In this document: positions 25,861 to 38,381 of the stretch, in pieces
How positions within the stretch are numbered: the first letter of the stretch is position 1
Layout: each line of letters begins with the position of its first letter
Source of the DNA: Octopus bimaculoides
Lineage: Eukaryota
Length of the DNA stretch: 64,000 nt
NCBI RefSeq assembly: GCF_001194135.2
Contig: NC_068987.1
Coordinates: forward strand, 25,305,609-25,369,608
Direction: 5' to 3'
Made by a program: the position numbers and the translations under genes
Notes under the pieces: generated by a model
What the model was told of the DNA's origin: nothing
Database searches by the model: none
The model's input: the letters and a program-made list of their open reading frames with translations, nothing else

Positions 25861-26343
25861 CTCTCTCTGACACACACACAATGGTCTGGTTGGAGACCCA
25901 ACCTTCCGAGTTCTTTTACGGGCCTTAGAAAAACTGAAGGATCGCTGCAATAAGTGTGTGAATCTGAGAGGGGAATATTTTAAATAAAATCATAATTAAC
26001 TAATCCCCCTGCATTTTAAAAAAAATCTAAAGCTACGAACTTTTTTAGCATCTTTTCGTATATGAAACGGGCTTCTTTCAGTTTCTGTCAACTAAATCCA
26101 CTCATGAGGCTTTTGTCGGTCCGGGGCTAGAGTACAAGATATTTGTCCAAGTTGTCATGCTGTGGGACTGACCCCGGAACCATGCAATGTTAAATGAAGA
26201 TTAGTTTTAAACTAAAATGCTTGAAACTTATACTGTACTACGGTGAAGAGAGAATAATTTCGTGGATGCAAATGGTTTTCTCNNNNNNNNNNNNNNNNNN
26301 NNNNNNNNNNNNNNNNNNNNNNNNNNNNNNNNNNAGGAAGGAG

Positions 26344-26744
26344 AAGGCGGCGAGCTGGCGGTAACGTTAGCACGACGGGCGAAATGTTTAGCGGTATTTC
26401 ATCTGCCGTTACGTTCTGAGTTCAAATTCCGCCGAGGTCGACTTTGCCTTTCATCCTTTCGGGGTCGAGAAATTAAGTACCAGTTACGCACTGGGGTCGA
26501 TGTAATCGACTTAATCCGTTCGTCTGTTCTTGTTTGTTCCCTCTATGTTTAGCCCCTTGTGGGCAATAACGAAATAGGTATTTCATCTGTCTTTGCGTTC
26601 TGAGCTCAAATTCCGCCGAGGTCGGCTTTGCCTTTCATCCCTTCGGGGTCGATAAATTAAGTACCAGTTGCGTACTGAGGTCGATCTGATCGACTGGCCC
26701 CTCTCCAAAACTTTTGGGCCTTGTGCCTAAAGTAGAAAAGAATA
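26344..26744 (+). mobile_element. tandem pair of family A SINEs: full copy with tail A followed directly by a 5'-truncated copy with tail B
   Basis: Two near-identical cores (about 26425 and 26610) carry different 3' tails. Confidence 0.9.
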
Positions 26745-27112
26745 AAGAGGGAAAAAGCAAAAAAGAATTTGTGAATCTCTGAACATGACTTGGGGGCGAA
26801 TTATAAGTGTAGACTGTCTGCGTGGAGAAATTTGTAATTTTAGTAAATTCATGGGTGTGTTTAATGTATATCTTGGTCTTAGGGCTAAAGCTGCTTTTTT
26901 TTTTTAATGTAGGGTTTTACAGATGTCAGCGGAAGATTCAATTTTAAAAATCAATGTGTGTTTACGTGAACTAAAATAATATATAAACTTCCAGCTTCAG
27001 CAGAGGAAAATCCTACGCACAAGATATTGATCAGCCTGAGGCTATACTGGACAAGGGATGGAACAGAGAACCATCTAACTGCGTGGCCGACTTCTTAATA
27101 TAACTGCTAGGT

Positions 27113-28240
27113 CGGCGCCTGTGAGAGTGGTTAAGAATTTCGCTTCGTGTCCACCGTGGTTTCTGGTTCTATATCCGACATCATGTGGCACCTTCAGCAA
27201 GTATCTTCTAATATACCTTCGAGATTTCGGGTTGACCAATTTAGCTAACGTAACCTGTGCAAAAGCTTCTGTGCGTGTGTGAATGAATAGATAGATAGAT
27301 GGAGAGAGAGAGAGAGACAGGCAGACAGACAAAAGCATATTCTTTCTAAGTAGTGATTTTTCTGGTTCGGTAAATTTTTGTAATAGCGTATTTAAATATC
27401 TTTAAAAGTGCAATAATTGACTGTGGATACATGATATAAGTATGGAGATCAGTGGAAGAAATACTGTATATACTGTTTTATGTAATGAAATGATTTGGAT
27501 CCGTTTAGGATAGTTTGTTAAGCAGTAGTTAATAAACGTAAGACGAAAAGAAAATATCTAAAATTAACGTAAAAATTCATTCAAGGGAGGCAACTCGAAG
27601 TTTATTTGTAAATATTAACGTTTATTTCCCATGCATAAAGTCAAGGAAACGTTTGTTCGTTATGCTTCTGTTGAAGTGACAGTAATCACTGAGCTCGTCT
27701 TTCTATTTATTTATTATTTATTTATGTATTTATTTATCATTTATAGAATTGTTGGGATTTCCCAGAAACTAAGTCCTCGACACGTGTGTAGGTTCTTCCA
27801 TATTGAGCGTTTAATAATACGTTATACTGTTGAAATTATCCATGATATCTCTTACATCTTTCATGGTAGTTTTAGAAATAGTCTGTATAGGACTGTGTGG
27901 TTGAAGAAGCTCGTTTTGATACCACGTCGTTTCGAGTTCGGTCCCACAGCAAAGAATCTTGACCAAGCGTCATTTGCTTGTGAGTGGATTTTGGTAAATG
28001 AAACTGTGGAAGACCGGCGTATGTATGTGTGTGTGAGAGAGAGAGAGGGGGGGGGTGAGAGTGTGTGTGTGTGGGTATCCTTTTTAAGTAGTAATTTTTC
28101 TGGTCTGGTTTATTTTTGTAATAGCTTTTTTTAAAATAGTCATTAAAATGCAATAATTTTCTCTAGAGATATGATATAAGGATGGGGTCAATGGAAGAAA
28201 TACTGTATATACTGTTTAATGCGATGAAATAGTTTGTTCG
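27113..28240 (+). repeat. old tandem duplication, period ~740 bp (family B SINE head + microsatellite + ~160 bp shared flank)
   Basis: 27346-27503 and 28084-28240 share TAAGTAGT.ATTTTTCTGGT and GGAAGAAATACTGTATATACTGTTT. Each is preceded by a family B head. Confidence 0.7.
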
Positions 28241-29904
28241 CCCTCTACCACTTCTGAACCTGAAATGGTTTGTTTACGTCCTTCTAACGATTTTGGTAAA
28301 AGAGACTGCTATGATAAATACCAGACTTTTAAAAACAAAAATGGTACTGAAGTTGATTTGTTCTACGAAAATCTTCAAGGTAGATCTCCAGTATGGCCGC
28401 AATCCGATGACTGAAATAAAAGTTAAAAGCTTAACTACTACATAAATTTGTCGACTTAGCAAAACCCAGAAGTATTTGAACTAGTTCCTTTTTATAACAC
28501 TAAAAGGCTATGACAAAATCTCTTATTTATGTTTTTATTGTTGAACGTATGTAGTGTATTGAATTGACAATGTTGTATTACGGGCATTTTATTCAATTTC
28601 TCTCTTATATATTAAGTAATCACTTGTCAGGTAGTCAATCGATAAATCTCTATGTTCTCTGATAAACCTATAGACATACATCTTGCGTTACCACAACTCA
28701 ATTCACAATACTTTTTCTCGAAATTTCACTGTCACAAACTTGCCTTATCACACACTCCCCCCTCTCTCTCTCTCTCTTTCTTTTTATCTGCGTACCTATA
28801 CATACATTTATCCATCTCTCTAACATATTTTTACTCTTTCACACTCAATGTTCATCTCTCACATATATCCAGTGCCTTTACCTGCGCGCACATATGAGGC
28901 GTTCATGGTGTTTTGTATCAGTCCTTTACTAAACTTGGGCAAATGCCCACATACACATGAATATCCAAGCCGAAACCGTACTAGAGTTGATATTTCATAT
29001 ATATATATATAATTCTGTGTGTGTGTGTAGTCACGTAGTGAGGCAGCTGATATGGACATTTTTACTGACCTGAAAGAGTTATTTGCTGCAAGCTATTGTC
29101 TATGAATAAATAACATTCGTAAAATAAGTTTGTGAATTGTGATGTATCGAGCAGGACCTTTCTTCGAGGTAAAAATTCGAGAGCTGTACTACTCCGTTGT
29201 TACCTTAAAGATGATGTACATACTTCATAACAGACACACACATGCACGCATATTCATGGATCTCTGTCAGTTTTTACGATGAGTTATCCAACTGCTCCAT
29301 TAATAAAACGGCTTGAATAATTCATTGAATTATAATGTAACTAGCTGAGTATAGGCACATCTATCCTTAACGTGTACTCAAGCAGAATCATTACGACAGA
29401 ATGTGACAAAGTTGACCATTTGAATTTCCAAGGAGATCTCATATATTCCGTTTCATTCACAAGGCTTGGCGCGACCTTGCTCAAGATGCTGCGCAGTCTG
29501 AAACCATTGTATCGATGAACTCGGTTGACATTATGGTTTCAAGTTTTCGTAGCACAGAGAATAATAGTTCTCTGTGTGGAACCGTCTGGTAAAAAAACGT
29601 TATAAGTGTAAGATTACATAAATGTTTGGGAAGAAAGATTTGGATCTGTGCAGGGTTACAGAGATTGCGACAAGTTTCTTGGAAACATTAAAGAATATTT
29701 ATAATTCGTCAAATATCAACTTTTTTTTCTTTTTGCGTATTGGTTTTTGATTGGCCGACACTTTAATGTTCACCCCCAATCAAGTCTTTGAATTTGTAGC
29801 ACAGGCATTAAGAGGGAACTTTGTTTTCATTGAGAGTTTGATGTGATCAATAAAAGAGTAATTTGTGCTTTGGCGGTATTATTTTCACTTGGTCTAGGAC
29901 GGTG

Positions 29905-30110
29905 AAATGGCACAATTGTTAGCACTCCGGTTACAATGCTTAGTGGCATTTCTTCCGGCTTTACGTCGAGTCCAGATTCTGATTCTGCCGAAATCTGCTT
30001 TACCTTTTATCCTTTCGGGGTCGATAAAATACCAGCTGACACTGGGTTCGATGTAATCGACCAGTCACCGCCCACCAAAATTTCCGACCTTCTGCCTATA
30101 GTAGAATTAT
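29905..30110 (+). mobile_element. family A SINE, degenerate
   Basis: CTTTTATCCTTTCGGGGTCGATAAAATACCAG...GATGTAATCGACC...CTTCTGCCTATAGTAGAA. Confidence 0.7.
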
Positions 30111-32180
30111 TTTTCACTTGACTTGGTCAGGGTCTTTTACCTGCTGTTTTGATTGTCACTGCTTAGGTTAGCTGTGAGTACCTCATTAATTTCATTTAGC
30201 TTTAGAGTATAAGTCGCAACATGTGTCCAAACTATACTCACGAATGACTGCTGGCTGTACTGCAATTAGAAACTGTACATAGCGTCTGTAAGAAAAAATA
30301 CGAAATTCTGTTCTTGTTGGTGCTTGTATTTACATTAACATTATCGAATGAACAAAACAGGATCAGTGAATCCGTTGGATAATAGTTGTCTTCTTTCAAA
30401 TTATCAACAGGGTGTACAGATTAACGTTAACGAGAGACACCTTGTCAGCAAGGTTTCTAAATTTGTCAGCGACACGGGATTATCATCAGTAAAGACATCG
30501 CCAGAAAAGCGACAGTTTTAGACAGTAAGTGTTGATCAGTAAGAGGCGTGGAGCAAATACCGACATAAAAAATAAATTCTTTTAATGATACAATATACTG
30601 ATGCTTTACGGTTCGATTCTGAACTCTGGTATTTTCATTACTTTTATTTATTCATTTGTTTATCTACTGAAAATAAAATATATAACCTGTCAGTGGTAGA
30701 TTTAGAGTAGGCCTTGACATGACGTCCATCCCACTTGAAGCAGTTATTTTTGTGTTTTCACTGGTATCTTAAAGGCATCTGATTCACAATTTTTAATATT
30801 AGGTGACTTACTGCAAGCAGCTATCTAGAAACTCAATATTTTGACATTGTAAGCCGACAATTATTTACTTTAGTTCAAATATTCATAGTGTCAGTAGAAC
30901 TGTTTCATATCAGCTATCTATAGTTCTGAGCAGTTCATAAATGGATATTATGTAAGCCATAGGAGAATTCGTTTTCTTTTATTTCTAAAATATTCATTCA
31001 TTTAATAATTTGTGCTCTAAATATGTAAAAGACATAGCATTGAACAAATTAACAAAACATTTAACTCAAATACTAATGTCCATTTTCAGCATTAAATATA
31101 ATTAGTTTTTATATTATGATCTGAAACTGCTGTGAAAATCATTTGTAACTTTGTGAATGCAGTGATTTCCATTAAAACAAGCATAAAGCTATTAAGAACA
31201 TCAAATGTATTTCATTCTATAGCATTTTCTAACAACAAACTGTGGGCGTTAATAAATTCCAGAAATATGCTACATCATTCTAGCTTTATTCTTCATTGAA
31301 TAAAATATTCTTTGAACGCAGGATTTGACATTAACATAATTTATAGAATAGCAAAATTAGTAGAGAAGTAACGTGTATCAAAAATAGTTTTAGAATGGTA
31401 GAATATTGCTAACGAGCAACGTGTGCAGGTAATGTAAGCTCTATGACTATGTATGTCATTCTCGAGGTGGCTGCACAAGTGAGTGGACAAGCGAAAGAGA
31501 AAAGGCACTCAACACATTTAGTAGAAGTTTTATGTATTATTTAAAACAGTTTGATTCGACTCCATGTTATTTTATATTTCACGACTGAAGGAAGCTTCCT
31601 GGATTTTCAGTTTGTGTGAAACACTTGCTATTACTGAAGTTAATCCGTGAAATTTCATACAATAAAAAAATAAATAATAGTTAATTCATTTTCGGTGAAG
31701 AATGAATAATCAGAAGTTTTGGCCTTTTTCAGGAAGGGTGCGTGAGAGAGAGAGGGAGAAAGAGAGAGGTGTTATCTGTTGGGCTAAATTGCAACTGGGG
31801 GGAAAAGATCAAGGAAGTAGATGAGCGATGAATAAGGGTAGACATGTTGGTGGGAAGTGGAGTACGGGTAGGTAAAGTAGTGGGAGGAATTAAGGTGTGA
31901 GAGAGGTCATAAAATTTAATCGAATTGGAAGGGAGATGATGAGAAGCAGACTAGTAACGTGGGGTTGAGAAAATTGAGCAAGGAAGTGAGGGTCAGAAAT
32001 ACATATGTACAATAATTCAGTCACAAATGCAGACAAGATAGGAAAATAAAAGGTGGAGGGTGATGAGCAGCAGCAATTAGGCGATTGGGAATGAGTTAGA
32101 GGGGTAGTTCTGAAAAAAGAATTTATAAAAATCGTTGAAAGAAAATATATTTAACACTTTAACACCTACCCAAAGAATTT

Positions 32181-32389
32181 TTAAAGTTTGTCCTAGACGT
32201 TCATGTTTATTTTCTGACTTAGTTATCCGTTGTTCCATACGTTCTGAGTAATGTAACGCTTTCCTTTCATATAACCCAAGTTACTCTGGTGGTTAAAAAG
32301 AATTGGAGATGTGTGTCGTATATGATGCATGGACACCAGGGAAATGTTTTGAGTGTCATATGTGATACTCAGGACAGGCAAAAGGTTAA
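32181..32389. mobile_element. second, older copy of the piggyBac-like MITE
   Basis: Right end GACAGGCAAAAGG-TTAA. TGATGCATGGAC.CCAGGGAAAT and TTAGTTATCC are shared with 22985-23243. The left end is degenerate. Confidence 0.5.
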
Positions 32390-33585
32390 GGAATTATTAG
32401 TTATGAGGAATTGTAAAGGAAAAGAATCCAGAATCTTATGATACGACCAGAATTATAAAAACAAAAATGTACACAGAAGGGAGACAGTATAGATGCTTGT
32501 GTATTCAACTGTACTATTGAGGAAGTGATAAACTCTAAATTTCTAGGGATGCAAATTTAGCATTAAACTATTCTGCGAGGCAACTGCCTCCGCTGCCTTA
32601 TTAGCTACAAACCTGTCTGACAAAGGATGTGAACAGAGAGAACCATCGTACTGTCATATTTTTTTTAAAGACAACCAAGTTCATTGATCTGTCTGTAGAG
32701 CCAACTGTCTGTCTTTGATAATTCGAAATTGTTGCTTTTGTCTTCTTAAACTCTCCCGTATTCCTTCAGCATGATTTTGTTTGTTTGTTTGTTTACTTTT
32801 TTAGCATGGCTTTTGATTTATTTTTTTGTTCTGTTATTTAGTTACTTTGTGAAGCATGACTTATTCTTGCAACCCATTTGTTTGTTTCATCTCCTGATCT
32901 CAACCTTGCTTTCAACTATTTCCCTTCCTTCTACCTGTTTGTCTCCCTTCTATCCTTATCAGTCTGTCTGTCGTCGTTCTTTACTCGTCTATAGCTGTTT
33001 CTCTCCCCACTTTCTCTCTCTACTTTTCTTTCTTCCTCAGTTTCTGTGTCTCATATACTTTTCTTTTCCTTTTTTACCTTTACCTTACCCCATCATTTTC
33101 CTTTACTCTCTATTTTTCACTCTCACTCTCTTCTCTTTCCAGTTCTTCTCCTACTTTCTCAACTTCCATTTCACTCCTCTGTTACTCTCTGTTCTCTCTT
33201 AACTTCCTCTTTCTTCTCAGCCTATATATTCACTTGTGCATCACATACCCTAGCTTTATTTCTATCCGCAGCCTTTACACACCTTAACATTTGAATCAAT
33301 CTAGAACTCTCGTACTCCCAATTCTCCATTGTTGTTACTAAGCTTGATTTCTTTCCCACAAACCGATTGACCATTCTTGTGATATGTGACATTTTGTTAA
33401 CCTTTGAATTTTGACTTCTGTATATTTATCTTGCCATGCTGTTAATTAACCAAATTAACCCTTGACGTATCCCATTTTTTTGCCATTTCTCGTGTATATC
33501 TGAAATGTCTTCAATAAGCAGGCGAACCTTCCACTGTTTCTAACCGCATGGCATGTTACCTCTAACACATTCCTTTTCATTTCAG

Positions 33586-33639
33586 ACGTTACTGAGAATG
33601 GCCTCTACGAACGTACTTATAAATCATCGAAAGACTCGG
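33586..33639 (+). CDS. candidate 54-nt exon of an unidentified large-intron gene; either phase-1 symmetric (xVTENGLYERTYKSSKDSx) or start-codon exon (ATG 33598, MASTNVLINHRKTR)
   Basis: CTAAC branch point at 33562-33566, acceptor TTCCTTTTCATTTCAG, donor CGG|GTAAGT and a length divisible by 3. Two frames are open and the ATG is in AGAATGG context. I recognise no homology. Confidence 0.55.
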
Positions 33640-34707
33640 GTAAGTTGTGTGTATTTCAGCTTAAGACCGGAAGCCACTTCTGACATTCAACAGGATGTCA
33701 TGCTGTTGGTAGTTGATAATCAAATGTATTCGTTAGTACCGATATGGTTAATGCAGAGGAGGTGGTGGGGAAGAATTAAAAGGATTCACTAACAATAATT
33801 ACACATTAAAGGAAAAATATAAGATTTAGCAAAAGACTGATATTTTATTTCAATTTCTTTTGTATGTATGGGAGGCGACTCTGAATATGTTTCAGGCATA
33901 TTATGGTCTCATCCGTAAAGCACACCCTTCATCATAATTGCTACTTGCTGAAGTGAGAATGAAAGACTCACCAAATATATTAATTCACTTGTCAAAAAAA
34001 AAAAAAGTCGAAAAGAAAAGAAAGGGTATCTAAGTATATACAAATGTTTTTTAACACTAAAGTGCTAAGAGGTTACTATACCATATCGTTGTCTTGACTA
34101 TTTCACTGAAAAGGAAAGAATTCATTATTTGACTCGTGTGTAGCCTGAGAGGCTGACATGAAAACGGTCAGTTAATATTCCATGTTAGTCAACAAAACAT
34201 TAATATCTACTCAAATTTATTAGTTGTTATTGTCAAAACGAGTTCGTTTGTTTTGTGTTGTGTCGTGTAATGTTCGGTGTGGTACAGACCTTGCGGATAA
34301 GATTTAAACGATTGTAGATGAACGGTACATGATACTATTGCATTATTCATACACTCCCAAAAGTCTGTAAAGTTATTTTCGTTTTCGGCTCTTATATCTA
34401 ATATATTCCTTTATATTTCTTTGTAAAAGAAATTTCTACCAGGTATGCTTCCTGCATTACTTGTTGCAGTATAAAATTCGTCTAGTCTTTAGCCTCAAAA
34501 TAAAACGAAACATAATTATGCCAAAAAAAAAAAGCAAGTAAAGAAAGAAAGAAAAAATAAAAAAAGAATTGAAAATAGAAATTTTCTAGCAGAAATGATA
34601 TCATATAGTAAATTGAAAACAATTTAGCGTTATATATAAGGCTTGATTTCTTGTATTTTAAAAATGTAGCGATCGTTACATATTGTGGAGTTATATATGC
34701 AATGTTA

Positions 34708-34909
34708 CAGATCCATTACAGTCGATCTTACTAATCGGTGGTTTCGCACAGGATATTAAGCAACCAGCTAATTATGTAATAACTGCGAGTGTCAGAGATG
34801 GATTTTTCTGTATCCACCCCGTTTCTGACGACCACTGTTATTAGATAATCACCTGATTATCTAATATCCTGTACGAAACTGATTGGTAAGATTAGCTGTA
34901 ATGGATCTA
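34708..34909. mobile_element. ~200-bp TA-flanked MITE (Tc1/mariner-type) with ~50-bp imperfect TIRs
   Basis: Left arm CAGATCCATTACAGTCGATCTTACTAATCGGTGGTTTCGCACAGGATATTA. The right arm's reverse complement is AGATCCATTACAGCTAATCTTACCAATCAGTTTCGTACAGGATATTA. TA occurs at 34706-07 and 34910-11. Confidence 0.75.
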
Positions 34910-35035
34910 TAATATTGTATATTTTGATTAATATAAATGGATTTCTGGATTATTCTGTATGTGTATTGAGGCTAATTTGAACGTAATGTATGTTGAAGAT
35001 TTTGGAGTTTTTTTCTTTTCATGTGTGTGTGTGTG

Positions 35036-35418
35036 TGGAGGCGCAATGGCCCAGTGGTTAGGGCAGCGGACTCGCGGTTTCGATTCCCAGACCAGGCCTT
35101 GTGAGTATTTACTGAGCGAAAACACCTAAAGCTCCACGAGGCTCCGGCAGGGGATGGTGGCGAACCCTGCTGTACTCTTTCAACACAACTTTCTCTCACT
35201 CTTTTTTCTTGTTTCTGTTGTGCCTGTAATTCAAAGGGGCCAGCCTTGTCACACTGTGTCACGCTGAATCTCCCCGAAAACTACGTTAAGGGTACACGTG
35301 TCTGTGGAGTGCTCAGCCACTTGCATGTTAATTATACGAGCAGGCTGTTCCGTTGATCGGATCAACTGGAACCCTCGATGTCGTAAGCGACGGAGTGCCA
35401 ACAACAACAACAACAACA

Positions 35419-35419
<1 letters not shown>
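35036..35419 (+). mobile_element. family C SINE, full length, inserted into a (TG)n tract
   Basis: Near-identical to 15899-16281, with an (AAC)n tail and ATGTGTGTG on both sides. Confidence 0.93.
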
Positions 35420-35492
<73 letters not shown>

Positions 35493-35865
35493 TACCGTGA
35501 TGTCGGTTTCATAATGACACAGTAAGGAAGAAAAAATCATGAATAAACATGTCAAGTTATCACTCAAATTGTTTGGCCGTAATGCGCCTGAAAATATATA
35601 AATTCACAAGTATCTCAGCCGGCCTCTCATGACATTTTCATTTAAGTTGCATTATGATTAGTAGGGTCGATCACGTTCTACACAGAAACAAAGTAAGTCA
35701 TTGATTTGATCAGTGAGAAGGTAAGGTAGTAACTATGCAGTTTCGTCATGAGATGCTGCCAAGAGGATTTAGCTAAGCCAATGGGCAAGATATTCTTCCT
35801 TTTTCTCATTCGTTTTTTCTTTGTCTCTTACTCCTTCCTCACACCTACCCCTGTCTCTCTCCCTA

Positions 35866-35897
<32 letters not shown>

Positions 35898-36266
35898 ACT
35901 CTCTTTCTCTCATCTTTTGATTTCATTTTCTTTTTTTCTTGTGTTTCCGAAACATCTCATCCGTTTTGTCATTCATGCTTCACTTCGTCTTGGATACATA
36001 GATTCTAGTAGATCAATAATCAATAATCCACATCATCTGGTTAGAGATTTATGACCCGAAACCATTCATTAAAAATCAGGAAACATTTTACCTATTCCAA
36101 CTGAAAAGCATTTCAGTGAAACAGACCAATGCCGGACTTCCTTCATGCTGTTTTCTACAAAATTAATTTATTTTTATGTAATATTACTACCGGATATTGA
36201 CTTAGAAATTTGGCAGAAGGTGTATATTTCTTCTCGTGCGAATATGAAGCAAAACATTTAGAATTA

Positions 36267-36334
<68 letters not shown>

Positions 36335-38335
36335 GTTGTTGTTGTTGTTGTTGTTGTTATTGTTATTTCTTTCGTATCCAGTGAGCTAATGATAAATGCA
36401 ACAGTATGCCCTGTATCAGTTTTAATGACAAATCTTGAACATGTGTTATTTTATATTGAATCGAAATTAAACATGTTTAAATGGGTAGCATATACGCCCT
36501 CCCTCCACACACGTGGCACATGTGCACACACACACAGAAATTAACACTAAGGCGTATATATATATATATTTATCGTGTGTGTGTGTGTGTGTGTGTGTGT
36601 TTGTTGAGGCAAAGTTGCACGTAACATGTTTCTTGTTAGGATTTTGTTTTGGGCAGTAACAAAGCTGAGAATCATGGGGTGAGTTTATACTCATATGCAC
36701 GCATGATTGCTTACTTGCGCACGCGTGCACCCCCCCCCCACACGCACGCGCATGCGTGTGGATGTGTTACATAAATGCTTTGCAAAGGTATTTCCAAAGT
36801 ATTTCCAAATCTCTGGGTGCAAAACGTGGCCTAAAGAGCTGACTGATTGTCTCGAAGATTTTGCACTGTCTTTCCTTTTCTGAATGTTGTNNNNNNNNNN
36901 NNNNNNNNNNNNNNNNNNNNNNNNNNNNNNNNNNNNNNNNNNNNNNNNNNNNNNNNNNNNNNNNNNNNNNNNNNNNNNNNNNNNNNNNNATATATATATA
37001 TATATATATATAAATGTATTCACACACAGAAAGGAGAGTGCACTTGAAAGAAGCTTTGTATTCATTGACAAAAGTCCTGCCTGAAACCCTATCCAGGATG
37101 GTAGATGATGGTTAGATGAGATACTAATGAGAGGGCAGGGCAGCAATAATCCTTGAAATAAGCATATGCACCAATTGCCTTTTCTATCAGGCATCAGTCC
37201 AGTGACTGAAACATGTTTAAAAAAATGCAATATGTACAATCTATGTTCAAGTAGGTTCACTCTCAGAGGAATTGTTTGACTCGAATCGTCGCGATACTTG
37301 AACTGATACAAATTTACGAACTTCATTATTGATGTGTATATGTGTACACGCATGTGTATGTGTGATTTATATGTCAGATTAAACGACTAACCTCTTCCAC
37401 CAACGTTTCAGACCTTTTGGGATTGTTCGACATAATTATATGAATATTTTATACTTAAAATCTGATTCGTAGTCTCTCTCTCAGTTTAGCCTGTTCTTGT
37501 GGTCTATTCCACTTTCCTCATTTATCATTTATATCAATCATTCATTGTCTATCTCACTCTATAGCCAGCTTTGTAATCTGTGATCTATATTTGTTTATGG
37601 TCTACCAGCTTCATAATTTGTGATCTAATTTGTGTATATTTATCGATGATCTCTCTCTCAGTCCGTAACCTGTCTCATAATTCACGGTCTATACTATTGA
37701 TTCATTTTCTATATTACTCGGTGCCCACCCCCCATATTTGTGGTCTATTTCACAAATTCGATGCAGTTGAATCACGTCAGTTATCAGGTTGCGACGAAAA
37801 TTTTGACATCAAATAATAATGATTCGGTGAAGTTAACAATTTTTGTGAGTTTTTGAAGGGATACTAAAAGACATCTTCTACGCTCGAATCATTTCAGTTT
37901 CAAATCAAATCACTTGCCTGACAATTCACCTGCGAAGCACATTTCAATCTTATTTAAATCAAAACATATAAAAGTATAAAACGCAGAATAAAATATCTAT
38001 TGTTTGTTAATTCATAGATTCTGTTATTCTGCCAATATTTGGAGTTTTGGCAGTTTGTAGTAACGACTGTTCAGAAAGATGTGAGTTTTAGATGCTGTTG
38101 TTGCGTAGCTCCTAGGTAAGGTCTCAAGCCGGACTGTTATCAAGGGGTACAAAACTTCTTTCGAGTTTCCTCTCCGTTCTTAGATATATACTATGTCTGA
38201 AAATAAAGCGAGGTGATCACGGCTGTAACACTTTCAAAATAAGTCAGTTCGAATCAGTCCTGACCAGGGGTTAAAATAACAACAACAAACGGTGGTACGA
38301 GGCAAACACAACGCAAACATAAAGACATATGTGCA

Positions 38336-38381
<46 letters not shown>

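Noticed and set aside
30148-30170. TTTTGATTGT resembling the 5' end of miR-315
   Set aside because: Only the first 10 nt match the mature sequence as I recall it, and no precursor hairpin is evident.
30436-30495. Minus-strand CTGATGA...GAAA with a perfect 6-bp stem III (ACCTTG/CAAGGT), resembling a hammerhead
   Set aside because: The cleavage-site nucleotide is G (GUG, not NUH), stem I cannot form and stem II is irregular. Probably coincidence.
32771-33294. Hydrophobic F/L/S-rich ORFs resembling membrane proteins
   Set aside because: They are translations of CT-rich low-complexity DNA, with no start or splice context. The same applies to 42686-43393.
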